Counted from the stretch's first letter, positions 25,221-38,862 are shown. The stretch: 64,000 nt of DNA from Octopus vulgaris (GCA_951406725.2 OX597820.1:77376001-77440000); one strand, 5' to 3'. Notes: generated by a model not told the origin, from the letters alone. Translations and numbers: made by a program.

Positions 25221-25832
25221 CTCTTTTCTACTCTAGGCACATGGCCCGAAATTTTGTGGGAGGGGACCAGTCGATTAAATAGATCTCAGTACGCAGCTGG
25301 TACTTAATTTCTAAACACTGAAATGATGAAAGGCAAAGTTGATCTCGGCGGAATTTAAACCCAGAACGAAAAAACAGACGAAATAATGCTTAGCAATTCA
25401 CTCGGTGTGCTAACGTTTCTTATTTCTTTATTGCCCACAAGGGGATAAACAAATAGGGGACAAACAAAGACGGATTAAGTCGATTGTATCGACCCCAGTG
25501 CGTAACTGGTACTTATTTAATCGAACCCGAAAAGATGAAAGGCAAAGTCGACCTCGACGGAATTTTAACTCAGAACGTAACGGCAGATGAAATACCTATT
25601 GCTTTACTACCCACAAGGGGCTAAACACAGAGAGGAGAAACAAGGACAGACAAACGGATTAAGTCGATTTTATCGACCTCAGTGTGTAACTGGTCCTTAA
25701 TTTATCGACCCCGAAAGAATGAAAGGCAAAGTCGACCTCGGCGGAATTTGAACTCAGAACGTAGCGGCAGATGAAATACCGCTAAGCATTTCGCCCGGCG
25801 TGTTAACGCTTCTGGTAGCTCGTCGCCGTAAG
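25221..25832 (-). mobile_element. SINE family C trimer under one target-site duplication
   Basis: Three head-to-tail bodies with one head. TGCGAGTAAA at 25211-25220 and 25833-25842. Confidence 0.85.
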
Positions 25833-26088
25833 TGCGAGTAAATTACATACGTACCACAATGAGATTATTTCATGTGTGCATTACAGCGCTAATCAATATA
25901 TCAAGTTCAAGACAATAATGGCTAATGGTATTGATATGAATGCAGTCTAACAGACAACCTCTTTATTAATATGCAGTGAAGCCACGTTCTAGGAAGCATC
26001 GCGAAGCACCATACTAAATAGTATGTAAAGTATTAGGAAAAAATGTACATTAACATAAAAACATAAATAGCATAGACACTGGATGGAC

Positions 26089-26229
26089 ATGTAAGTGCAG
26101 GCGTGGCTATGTAGGCACAGACACGACCATGTAGGCGAAGGCGTGGCCATATAGGCGGAGGCATGACCATATAGACACAGGCGGGGCCATGTAGGTGCAA
26201 GCTTGGCCATGTAGGCTTAGACCTGGCTG
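26089..26229 (+). repeat. Seven-unit ~20-bp minisatellite at the head of a SINE B
   Basis: Units resemble TGTAGGCGCAGGCGTGGCCA and run into a SINE B head (~26210-26368). Confidence 0.85.
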
Positions 26230-26366
26230 TGGTATATTGTTTCCTAAGCACATGGTTGTGTTCAGTCCCACTGCCAGGAATATTTAGCAAGTGTCTTCTT
26301 CTTTAGCCTCAGACCAACCAAAGCTCGTGATTGGGTTTGGTAGACGGAGACTGAAAAAGTCTCATC

Positions 26367-26422
<56 letters not shown>

Positions 26423-26461
26423 ACGTTAATAATAAATAATATATATATATACTCATCAAAA

Positions 26462-26571
<110 letters not shown>

Positions 26572-26659
26572 GTTATGTATGTATGTATGTATGTATGTAT
26601 GTATGTATGTATGTATGTATGTATGTATGTATGTATATATATATATATAGGAATGAATG

Positions 26660-27000
26660 TTTTTATATATAATGAACGTGAAACACAGGAAGGGACGAAC
26701 ACGGAACACAGACAAATCATTCGAAGCCTTCAATCTTCAGTCAGACACCGAACCATCATAGCAAATTTCGGCTGTTCAATTCTGATATTTGCTCCAACTC
26801 GGCCAGCCCCAAGAAAAAAAACTAAGCTGTAAGCATTAGATTTCTTGGTAGAAGACAGGAATGTGAACGCACAAGACGGATGTAAACACAAGAGACGAAA
26901 ACGAAATTGAAAACGGTAATGAACAAACAAAACATATATAACGGTGGTTGTCATACGACTTTAGACCAAATGAGACAGAAACAACAACATAGCTGGCGTA
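26660..27000 (-). mobile_element. Family E repeat
   Basis: Homologous to 19500-19975 and 38480-38800. Confidence 0.65.
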
Positions 27001-27019
27001 GAAATAATTATATATACAT

Positions 27020-27136
27020 ACACCAGACAACAAGAACATCAGACCAGGACATCAGCGGCTCTAGCATATCTAGTGCACAGACACAGATATGCTACAGCCG
27101 CTGATGTCCTGGTCTGATGTTCTTGTTGTCTGGTGT
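27020..27136. repeat. Near-perfect 52-bp inverted repeat with 13-nt loop
   Basis: 27020-27071 pairs with 27085-27136 with one mismatch. Confidence 0.95.
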
Positions 27137-27452
27137 CACTTCCCGTAGATTATCCCTGGACTTGATTCTGGTGATTCCGTTGCTACTGGCGAATCCGGCA
27201 TTGCCGGTTATATAGTTGGTGTTGCTGCTGCCGTCGTATCTTTTGGTATTGTTAGCATTACTGCTAAATGCGCTGTTGCTGTCATCGCTGCCGCTGACAT
27301 TGCTGCCGCCATTGTTGCTGTTGTCGGTAGATGTGTCGCTGCTGGCTACTCTGTTGCTCTGGCTGTCCATGCTGGCTACCTCCTCAGCCTCATACACGTC
27401 TTTCTTAGCTTCGCATCGACTTCTTACTGGGCAGTCATTATATTCCACGCTT

Positions 27453-27768
27453 TAAGGCGACGAGCCGGTAGAAACGTTAGCACGCCGGACGAAATACTTA
27501 ATCGACTGGGCCCCTTCCTAAAAATTTCGGGCCGAGAGTAGAAAAAATATATCAATACTAGGAAGGCGGCGAGCTGGCACAATCGTTAGTAAAAAAATAG
27601 GTTTTTCGTCTGCCGTTACATTCTGAGATGGAATTCCGCCGAGGTCTACTTGGCCTTTCATCCTTTCGGGGTCGATAAATTAAGTACCAGTTGCGCACTC
27701 TGGTCGAGCTAATCGACTGACCCCATCACCCAAAATTACTGGCATTGTGCCTAGACTAGAAAAGATTA
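27453..27768 (+). mobile_element. SINE family C (deleted copy plus fuller copy)
   Basis: Two GGCG(A/G)CGAGC heads and a family C core. Confidence 0.75.
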
Positions 27769-28697
27769 TATTCCCAGTGGTGCGGGGAGGCAAACCCAAC
27801 GGCTTACTGGTTTTATCAATAAAAAAATACATCAGGTTCTTTAGAAAAGAAAAAATGTTTGAAGTGTCTTTCGACATCGTACCCGCATCTGAGAATTTTT
27901 CATGTGACAAAAATAGTCAAGTACCTGAATTGTTGTATTTAATTTTTTATTTATTTCATAATTATCATGCCATTCATCTAATATAATATGCAACTTGCAC
28001 TTAAATTTTTGAAGTATTTACCATCTCTCAATGCAGAAGTCTCTGACGCTGTGATTCCTTTCCCTTTCATTTCAATTGAGATTTTTTTCAGTGATTTTCA
28101 ATATTTTATGATCACCTCTAGCAACCCCCATTGAATATATTTTGTGTATTTTGTTTACCATATTTCTACCTACTCATACTTTATCCACCCTTTTAAATCA
28201 ATACCCCATCCGCTGTTATTCAATTTAAATTTTATGTAAATATTTCTTATTTATTTATTTATGCATTCATCTAATACTACTAATTTCAAAATTTCATCAC
28301 TTCCAATTTTCCACCTAATTTTTTTCACTTGGTTTCTTTCATTGGAGACTTAGAACTTTATGAGCACTAATCCTCCTTTACTTTTCCTATTCATTTTCTC
28401 TTATTTTATTGTTACACGCTCTTTCTTACTTTTCTCTTTTCCTTTTCCTATGTTCCGTTCCTACATTTTTCTCCTTCCTTTCTTTGTGTCTTATTTTTTT
28501 CCCGTTTTATCCTTCTTTTGATCACCAGAACTTATGACAAGAAAACTATATTTATATATGTGAAAATGCTATAACTTTCTAGTCCTAGCTTGCCTGAAGT
28601 TCCTGTGCACTTAGTTGTTAAACTCAGAGTACCATGTGAGCGAAATCTAGTATGTTAATGAAAGGCTAATGTGTGCCATCTTTTCCGAGTTTACATT

Positions 28698-29085
<388 letters not shown>

Positions 29086-29559
29086 TACATATGTGTTTGT
29101 GTGTTTGTAGAAGTGTCTATTTTGTGTGTCCAGGGATTTTGAATGAAATAAGTAAATCTTGGCAATAAAATTCTTCAAATGCTACACAAAGGGACTTGAG
29201 CTTAGCATAAGTTCCTTTTATAGCCTTTTAGCCTGTATCTTGAAAGAATAAATGTACTGGTAGCTATATCATGAAAAGAATAAAATGTATATTCATAAAT
29301 GTTATTCTAATATGAAGTCACACGCTCACTCTAATGCAGATCTATACATATGAAACCTGACATTCACCTTTATACCTCTCTGAAAATGTCAAATATACTA
29401 GCATATGTGAGTGTTTTTATGCGTGACATGCATAGGAAAAGTAGTGCACCCGCCTTTCCTAGACTAACAAGGACACATAAAATGATAGGGCAATTTATAA
29501 TGAATCGATATATATATAAACAAGGTAGCGCAATTTAGGAAGAGTGAGACAGAAGAGGA

Positions 29560-31445
29560 AAGTGACATACGGGAATAGTATCATTATTATATGTGTGAAA
29601 ACCCGAGTGTTCAGAAAAAAACCGCGACATTTAGATATTAAAAATGCAACAGCTACTATATTATTAGGAAAGATATTAAGAGTTGCGTTAATCCCCAGCT
29701 TATATAGTATTAGATCTGTGACAATGATGGCTTTGGGAAATTTGTTTATTGCCATGTCAACGCCTCTGAATATTCAATGTTTTATTTTACAAACAGGATA
29801 TAAATTAAAGAGATAAGCAGTGCTTCGAACATTACAGCATTCAACTTAAACTCGGTCAACAATATTTCCCAAGTGGCCCTTCAACTAATTTGAAATTCAT
29901 TGACTGGGATAGAAAATCTCGGGTTTTGTGTAAATTGAAGTGTCTTCTGTCGCATTAGCACTACTATAGGCATGAGTGCAATCCCGTGTATAATCACATC
30001 ATATTTGTCGTATTGTTGACGGGTTATATACGCTTCTTAACGATCTCACTAGCATCGTCACATAATCACCTAACCTAAATTAAACAACTTTATAGGGATC
30101 ACTTCTTAGGCGAAGCTTCTGCAGCATAGTCATGAATGTTGGAAAGATTAAATGAGTCCGTAGGTTGACAAATATTCATTCTAGTCAATCGTGCATGCTG
30201 AGTGGTAACTATAACAATCTCCTGGAACTAATAACAACAGCAACCACTTGATGCTATTGGCCCAAATATTTTTTCACACCTCAAAACGTCGGTTTGATAA
30301 TGCTATTGTAGTTTGGCGAACAATTCGGTATGAATTCTTCTCTCTTCCCTAATATGCTTATGTGAAAATGGGGGTCATCCCGCCAATATTCCCTAACAAA
30401 TATCGTTTCTCCTAAATATGTAACAGAATTTTGCCTTGTTAACCATACAGCTGATGTCCTAAAAGGTTGACTCACTTCTTAGCAATTTCGAAACAAAATG
30501 ATAGCGATACAATGCCATGCAATCTTTATTGTGTCATATTTATTTTTGGTTCAGAGAAGGAGTTTTACAGGATTCGCATCAAAATACAACTGCTCATATT
30601 CCCTATTAGATTTTCGCAAGCATTATCCATTCTGAAACATTATGCATTCTTTTCATACAATCATTTGGCATCTCTTGGGATGTTATCCGGTTCAATATGT
30701 CTTAGAAATGTACACAATTTTTCCAAATATGTGCACCATTTTCTTCGAGTTGATGCAGATTTTAACACACGAGTGTGCTGTTTGTTTTCGGAAACCGTTT
30801 TAGTTGTTATTCTTGAAGGAATAACTGCACTAGCTCTCTTTATATGTTGTAGGATTTTAAAGTACGGCAGACTGAATTGATTTATTTTTCTTTCTATTCT
30901 TGGACAGTAACTAATACGAATACAAGGTTACCCAAAGGTAGCATTGTGCCACAGCTTCAAAAATAATGTATGCATTTTATCACTCGTGTTTGCGCCTTCT
31001 CGCCAGGTGTGGCCTGCGTTAAATAAGTCCACTGGTTATTTTCCAAAACAATTTCGGGAGTGCTGGAGTATTATCATTATTATCAATATCATTATAACTC
31101 ATCATTGGTCTTAAATCATAGTCTTGGCTGAATCGCTTACACTAATGGTGAGTGTCTTGCTTCTTCAGAGCAAATATTGCAGTTTCCCTTATTGTCGCAT
31201 ACAAACATACTTGAAAAACGTTATTGACTTGCAGAAATTAGAGGTCATGTGTGCATTAAATGTGTTTGCCATAATGTGGGTCGTGAGGAACGTTACACCT
31301 CCTGTCAGTCACATACTATTCCACAGAAATTTAGTAAACTCAATTCTCATTTCCACGTCTGTATATGAGCTAATCGTTTCCACCAGTTGGGATATATTTG
31401 ACAGAGGCTTTGGAAAAGTTTTACAACAGTATTTCAGTTTCTAAC
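29560..31445 (-). pseudogene. Decayed Helitron Rep/PIF1-helicase coding relic
   Basis: Ordered minus-strand remnants: PKASVKYIPTGGND*LIYRR; NVPHDP/NTFNAHMTSNFCKSITFFKYVC (cf. VPYNP..FNAHINVE.C.S..IKY); LENNQWTY; IASSG; RDCTHA (cf. WDECTMAH). Many stops and frameshifts. Confidence 0.65.
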
Positions 31446-31499
31446 CACAGTGCATTTCTGTTGATTTCACTTTATGGATTTTACCGATCTGGATTATAA

Positions 31500-31657
31500 C
31501 AGGAGTGGCTGCGTGGTAAGTAGCTTACTTACCAACCAAATAGTTCCGGGTTCATTCCCACTGCGTGACACATTGGGCAAGTGTCTTCTACTATATCCTC
31601 GGGCCAACAAAAGCCTTGTGAGTGGATTTGGTAGACGGAAACTGAAAGAAGCCCGTC

Positions 31658-31726
<69 letters not shown>

Positions 31727-31929
31727 TATGTGTGTATATGTCCCCCAACATCGCTTGACAACCGATGGTGGTGTGTTTATGTCTCCGTAACTTAGTCGTT
31801 CGACAAATGAGACCGATAGAATAAGTACTAGGCTTCTAAAGAATAAGTCTTGGGGTCAATTTGGTCGATTAAGGCGGTATTCCAGTATGGCCGCAGTCAA
31901 ATGACTGAAACAATTAAAGAGTAAAGGAG
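31500..31929 (+). mobile_element. SINE family B, near full length
   Basis: Head, microsatellite and tail present. Confidence 0.9.
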
Positions 31930-32072
31930 TTCTTTCTCCCTGCCAAATCTCTACCAATCAATTTGATGGGAGTCAATATATATTTGTTAAGCACATGTAC
32001 CTTCACTCAGTAATTATTCATTTCAGAGGCTTTAGATATGACACTTAGTTACTCATACAGTTATATATATGC

Positions 32073-32436
32073 GTGGAGGCGCAATGGTCCAATGGTTAGT
32101 GCAGCGAACTCGCGGTCATAGGATCGCGGTTTCGATTCCCAGACCAGGCGTTGTGAGTGTTTATTGAGCGAAAACACCTAAAAGCTCCACGAGGCTCCGG
32201 CAGGGGATGGTGGTGATCCTTGATGTACTCTTTCACCACAACTTTCTCTCACTCTTACTTCCTGTTTCTGTTGTACCTGTATTTCAAGCGGCCGGCCTTG
32301 TCACTCTCTGTGTCACGCTGAATATCCCCGAGAACTACGTTAAGGGTAGACGTGTCTGTGGAGTGCTCAGCCACTTACACGTTAATTTCCGTTGATTCGG
32401 ATCAACCGGAACCCTCATCGTCGTAACCGACGGAGA
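32073..32436 (+). mobile_element. SINE family A, full length
   Basis: GTGGAGGCGCAATGGTCCAATGGTTAG...GGTTTCGATTCC head; tail CGTCGTAACCGACGGAG. Confidence 0.9.
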
Positions 32437-32438
32437 AG

Positions 32439-32470
<32 letters not shown>

Positions 32471-33883
32471 TGGACGAGTAATCACAGGGATGTGAGTTCG
32501 AGTCTCAGGGCTAGCAGCCGACAGATTTTTCTGCAAAATAGCTTATCCTGTTAACGCTATATAATTAGCATTATCTTGAGTTTGAGAATTATATCATTTC
32601 TTTATCTATATAATTCAAAGTGTAATAAACTGCGATGTTATATTTGCTTATAACCATAGACAGAAATTGCATCCGCAACGTTTAATATTTCCGCTTAAAT
32701 TAACTAAAATAAATGTTATAATGTGCGTGCGGAAAATAATAAGTCAGTTTACATTGATTACATATTCTGCTAAAACTGCTACCTTTCCGAACAAAAATAG
32801 ATAATTCTAGATAGAAATAAATCAATATAAATCGTGATAGAAAAATACGAGAGAACAACAGCGAAAGTATAGAACCGTTAAAGTTTTGAATCTGGTTAAA
32901 GAAGCGAAGTAGAAGAATAAACACGGAGACTTGGCACTGTGGAGCGAGTGGAGCAGTTAATAAAAGCTAGAAACGAACAAAGGGAGAATTTTAATATACA
33001 TTATCATACAAAAAGAGACATATGATCAAACTTTCTTAAATGTGTAATAGATTGCACAATTAAAAACTACATTTGTTCCTGACAGTAAATATCCTCAAAA
33101 GCATAATATCTGACGTCTCGCCTTACTAAAATTAAATAACTTTAAAGATTATATTATAACGTTAAAGAAAGAGCTCGGTAAAGGAAGATAAATAAATAGC
33201 TATAGAGAGATTGAGAAATAAAATGAATGGAAAACGTGAAATGGTAATGGTTTTAACGAGAAGCAAGGGAATAGTTAAATAGATATTTAAAACTTTGGCA
33301 GAATCAGGCAACCTAGATAGAAAAGAAAAAAGAAAGGTGAGATGGAAGTATTATCACACAGGAAAGAGTTCTTCCTTGCTCCTATAAGTGTAAATTAATT
33401 GATCAATAGATACTTGATAGAATTAGAGAAACTTATAGATGCAACTGAGAAAGCTATCGAAAGGAAAATAGAAGAACTACAGAACATGAGTGAATCAATA
33501 TGAAAGGTAAAATAAAGAAAAAAGTTGAAATAGAAAATCTCTCGCCTGGGAGAAGGAAGAGGAGATGTGACAGTGAAAGTTTTAACACAAAAGTGGAAGT
33601 TAAGAATCAGGAGAAAAAGGTCACAAAGAAAGGATGAGCAAATATACCAAAAATTTTCTCATGTAGGTATATATGTGCATATTGTGGAAGGGTGAAGTGT
33701 ATTTATGTGTGTATGTATGTGACTGTGACTCACTATTATATTCCACATATATATATCGGAAATCTTCAATGACCCCATAACTACAGTGCCGGTTACAACC
33801 TTGGAGCCACAGTAATCTGTTGCAGTACTTACCTAGCGTAGCTAATCGTTTATATAACCTGTGAACTAAACACCCATACGCTG

Positions 33884-33956
<73 letters not shown>

Positions 33957-33974
33957 ATATATATATATGTCGTG

Positions 33975-34340
33975 ACACTCCGTCGTGGTTCCAGTTGATC
34001 CGTTCATCAGAACTCTCTGCTCGTGAAATTAACGAGCAAGTGGGTGAGCACTCCACAAACACGTGTGCCCTTAACGAAGTTCTGGGGAGATTCAGCGTGT
34101 CACAGAGTGTGACAAGGCTGGGCCTTTGAAATAAAGGTACAGTAGAAACGGGGAGAAAGAGGGAGAGAAAGTTGTGGTGAAAGAGTACAGCAGGGTTCGC
34201 CACCACCACGTACCGGAGCCTCGCGGAGCTTTAGGTGTTTTCGCTCAACAAGTACTCACAACGCGAGGCCTGGGAATCGAAACCGCGATACTACGACCGC
34301 AGGTCCGCTGCACTGACCACTGCACCATTGTGCTTCCACA
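33975..34340 (-). mobile_element. SINE family A
   Basis: Reverse complement of the family A head and body, between TA tracts. Confidence 0.88.
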
Positions 34341-34346
34341 ATACAA

Positions 34347-34446
<100 letters not shown>

Positions 34447-34639
34447 TTGTGTGTGTATGTCTGTGTGTATGTGTGTGTACATTGTACGTTTGTCACGATT
34501 ATATTCAATATATGAACAATGTACACAGCCTACATTATGCACGCGTGTGTGTGTGTATGTGTGTGTGTGTTTGTGTGTGCCCGTCCACATATACAGGAGC
34601 GGATACTATAATTGCTTGATATTCTAGCATCCACTAATC

Positions 34640-34900
34640 CCTAATATAATCTCGAAGGATCTGAGAGACATACGGTGTGTGGATGTAGACGGCTTGAAAT
34701 CTAAATTGGATTTCCTAATGTCAAAAGTCCTAGATGAGATAACTTCACGACAGGAAGCAAGAATGCTAGAAACAGCACCAAACTCCCTCATTCAACAAAG
34801 TCCAATCGTTAAAGGAACATTAATGATACTGTAGCATCACAAGTTGGTAATGTATCAATATGGGCACAGCTCTGGAGCTGAAAATAGCCAAGCGTTAAAT
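34640..34900 (+). pseudogene. CR1-group LINE 3'-end fragment
   Basis: Translation KDLRDIRCVDVDGLKSKLDFLMSKVLDE...NSLIQQ resembles ORF2 C-termini (F/L-K-x-K-LD). Confidence 0.55.
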
Positions 34901-34959
34901 GTATATATTTTGTCCATTCTTACATACATTATTTATTGTAGAAGGATTGGTATTTATGC

Positions 34960-35390
34960 GTTGCATTTTTTCTTTGAAACCGCTATTATTGAGAGATTCG
35001 TTATATGGAGATTCTATTTCGTTTGGCGTTAAGTTTTCGATAATGATTTTGGATGGTTGGATGGATTATGTATATATTTAATTTTTTTGTTATTTTTCTT
35101 GTATAATTTATAAATATTTTATTCTTGATCAAGAGTAATATCTAGGAAGTTGATTAACTTTACTTGTATTTCTACTGTGATTGACAAGCCCAATGTTTTG
35201 AAGAAGTGATGTAGATCATTGCTCACTGTCTCAGCTTTTGGAGGGTGTATATTCTTAGTAGGAGTAGACGAATGGAAATTTGTCGTGTTATTTTACTATG
35301 TGAAGACCCACGATGCTGCTTATCTCCACGAGTCCTTTGGGCCCAGGCTTCCATCAAATGGTTCTATAGCGTTTGTTCTTAAACCAGGGA
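34960..35390 (-). pseudogene. Penelope-like RT fragment (Naiad/Chlamys-like)
   Basis: Minus translation FFKTLGLSITVEIQVKLINFLDITLDQE*NIYKLYKK...YIHNPSNHPKIIIENL. Confidence 0.75.
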
Positions 35391-35574
35391 GTAACTGGAT
35401 GATGTTATTCCAGAAGAGTTGGTAGTGTCCCAGAATGCCCACAGACACTAAAAACATCCGAGCTATCACCCACCACTAACATCCCACTCCACATGCCATT
35501 AAAAAGCAAACAAATAAACAAAACACAAAAGCAATTAAAACCATCCACTCTCGCCTCCACGTTTTTCTTAAAGC

Positions 35575-35815
35575 CCAAGGTAGATAAAAAATGGTAGATA
35601 AAATTCCTGGAGGATTGGATTGATGCCCATCCAAATCACATCCCTTTCTTCGTCCTGACTGAAACCCATCTTAGTAACCTCCAGTTGGAGGTCGAGGTGA
35701 AAGTTTAAAATTTCAAAACCATTCGTGTTGATCGTGCAGGCAGAAAAAAGGGTGGGACTGCCATTTATGTTCATGATTCTTTCGCAACAGAGGCTATGAA
35801 CATATTTTCTAAGGG
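35575..35815 (+). pseudogene. LINE ORF2 apurinic-endonuclease N-terminal fragment
   Basis: IKFLEDW...FFVLTETHL...RVDRAGRKKGGTAIYVHDS. Confidence 0.8.
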
Positions 35816-35821
35816 ATACAT

Positions 35822-37462
35822 TATTTGTAAGCCTATTACTTATTCTATCGGTCTTTTTTCCGGCTGCTAAGTTACGAGGCCATAAACATACTAACATCGG
35901 TTGCCAAGCGATGGTGGGGAGACAAACAACCATACACACACAAATATATACATATATATTACGTGGATATCTCCTCTCCGCAATCCATCCTTGTCAGACC
36001 ACTTCTGTGGACCGTGCATCTGCGTTTCTCCTTACCTAACACCACGCTACCCTACCTCTCCAACGCACCATTCTCCAAGCTTTCCAGCGACTCCAGTCCG
36101 ACCTCTCCCCTCCTTAAAACGAGCCCACAACTTACGAGACCTCTTGCTCCACAGTTTCTTCCCTAACACAACCTCCCACCCCTGCTCTTTCCCCTGCTCT
36201 CGCCTACGCTGTCTCACTTGCCCTTACCTCTCCCTCACAGGCTCTCACAATCAACACCCTCCTCACAGGCACACTTAATCGACCCTATCATGTCACTTAC
36301 TCCTTCACTTGCACTTCTAGCAACGTCATCTACTGCAACTCCTGCTCTTTATGTCCTCTGTGCATCGGTCAAATGGACGTCACTTGGCTGACTGGTTTTC
36401 AGATCATCTCCGAGACATCAAACTCAGCAACTACACCCCAGTCTCACGCCATTTCCGCTCTACCGGTCATTCTCTACAACACCTGTCTGTGTTCGGACTG
36501 TCCTCGCACAAGGGCTGTCCGGTCTCCCGTCTGTAAACAAGAATTAATCTTCTCTCTTCGCTCCACTTTCGCTCAACTATCCTACCCACTTCATTTAACC
36601 CCTCTCTTCTCTCCTTTCTTCTTCTCAAACCTACTGCCTCCCTTCCCTCCTCTTCTCCCTTCACTCCTCTGTCTTCCACCCATTCCCTTCATCGTCAGTC
36701 CTCCATCGTTACCCCACCCCTACACATTCCAACCCCACCATCACTATGCATCCCATATACATTCACCCCAGTCAATCCCACACATTCCACTCCCACATAC
36801 CCTATGAAACCCCGAGCACCCCCACCATTGCTTTCACCACTCTCGCCTCCCCCATACCACACTACATACCACCACGTCACATCACACCAACTCGTACACA
36901 CTTGCACTGACAACTTCCCAGCACACACGCCATTAACCACACATCCACACATGCACTCACGCACACGTCAAGTTCAGCAGCCCCCATCCACACACACTGA
37001 CACGCTCTCGCATACATACGCACACGCACTTTCGTTTTCGGATCACCGCCACTTTATTATCTCTCCTTCTTCCTAGCTGTCTTGTCTAACCTCTCTCTCC
37101 GACAGTCGCCTTGATAGATCGCTAGCCACTAAATCTTTTTTATTTTCTCTCTCAGTTTATTTCTATGTTCCTTCCTGTTAAAGAGCGCAGGCTCGAAATG
37201 TAAAGAGAAACTTTCTTACTTCCCGAACGTTACACTAATACGTCTGTTTGTTGTCTACACACCCGTCTCGTCTTTGTTTCTTTCATAAATTTGCACTATA
37301 TATATATATATATATACGACGTGCTTCGTTCAATCTCCGTCTAACAAATCCATTCACAAAGTTTAGTCGGCCCGAGGCTATAGTAAAAGGCACTTACCCA
37401 AGGTGCCGCGCAATGGGACTGAACCCAGAACTATATGGTTGGTAAGCAATTTTCTTTACCAC
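35822..37462 (-). mobile_element. SINE family B split by a PLE insertion
   Basis: 3' half at 35822-35960 and 5' half at 37317-37462, colinear across the insert. Confidence 0.75.
35962..37297 (+). mobile_element. 5'-truncated Neptune-like PLE: GIY-YIG relic, C/A-rich UTR and HHR-bearing terminal repeat
   Basis: KRAHNLRDLLLHS, PCSRLRCLTCP, SFTCTSSNVIYC..C..C..CIGQ, RHLADWFSDHLRDI, PVSRHF. HHR-like motif at ~37171-37208. Confidence 0.88.
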
Positions 37463-37964
37463 TCGAATCCTGTTGTCTGGATATGTAATTCACCAGGCGG
37501 TTCCTTCATGCTTAGGTAGGTGAACAGGGAATTCGTATCTGAATTTTATATCGGAAAAGAGAATATAAATTTCAGTGAAGTATATTAGTAGTTAGGTAGC
37601 CAGCAATTTTGCTATGAATATTACGATGAAAGGAAATTGAATTTTCTTTGTAGGAAGACATCTAAAGAATGAGATTTATATCTGCTTATTTTAAACGTAT
37701 ATGATTTCTGGCATTTACACTTTAATTAATTTTTTGATCTTTAGACGATATCAGTAGATTTTCATTACTGATTAACTATTTCTTTCATTGAAAGTTTCAT
37801 AACAAATGTAAATGTCTACATAAAAATCGCTATAATTAATGAGGCTTGCCCTCTCATTTCCTGTATAAACACGACATGCAATCGTTGTTGACTTATTACG
37901 GCATCAGTTGAAATATATTTAGTTCAAATCTCAATAATTAGTCCTCTTCTCGGAATTTGCTCAG

Positions 37965-38035
<71 letters not shown>

Positions 38036-38110
38036 TAGATATGCATGTATGTATATATATATTATAAATATATGCATATATGCATACATATATGCACATA
38101 ACTACATATA

Positions 38111-38166
<56 letters not shown>

Positions 38167-38214
38167 AGAGAGAGAGAGAGAGAGATACATAGATAGATAT
38201 ATACAGGCATATAT

Positions 38215-38793
38215 GGGTAACGGACATCACAAAATCGTTGAGCACAAAGAGAAACGAAAACATAAAACGAACTTTCATACAACGAAAAAAGAGAGAAACG
38301 AGACATACAGCATGGAATATTCCCCTTCTTCAGTTATCCCTGTTTCATCTACTCACCGTTCCGAAGGTAAGGACAAGACGCGACTTCATTGAAACAGTCC
38401 TTCCCGCAAAGCAAATTGAATAAAATACATTCCTCCCTGTGCCTGTCTAATCTTAAGCCCCTCTCATAAGGCTTTACTTCCACACACGCCAGCTTAATTT
38501 AATTCGTCCTTAGTCGAAACACAACTGTTGTTATGTCCTGTTATTTGAATTTGTAATTGTGTAACATTCTCCGTTTTTTTCCGTCCTTTTCGTATACATT
38601 CCGTACTTTCTTCGAAGGAATGTAATGCTCTTAGCTTAGTTTTTCCTTGGGGCTGGGCCGTCTCGAGTATAACCAGCCGAAATTGCAACGATAATCTGAA
38701 ACTTGACTGAGGATAGAAAACTCCGAATGACCCGTCCTTGTTTTCTTTGTATCATCTGTCTGGATGTTTTGCGTTCTTGTCCCATTTTTGTAT

Positions 38794-38800
<7 letters not shown>
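38215..38800. mobile_element. Divergently joined family F (-, 38215-38430) and family E (+, 38480-38800) units between TA tracts
   Basis: Homologous to 10500-10730 and 19500-19975 respectively. Confidence 0.6.
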
Positions 38801-38833
<33 letters not shown>

Positions 38834-38862
38834 GGAATTAAATTTCACGCATAAAATTACAC

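Noticed and set aside
26089-26229. CRISPR-like array
   Set aside because: Contiguous tandem units without unique spacers, eukaryotic context and no cas genes.
27092-27448. 118-aa Ser/Asn-rich ORF
   Set aside because: Derived from degenerate trinucleotide repeats beside repeat elements; no domain or splice support.
28590-28655. Hammerhead candidate CTGAAGT...GAAATCTAGTA
   Set aside because: Core position 9 mismatched and helices I and II not convincing; at best a decayed PLE terminus.
30467-30880. 137-aa plus-strand ORF (and 31124-31444)
   Set aside because: Antisense to the Helitron relic; no independent coding signal.
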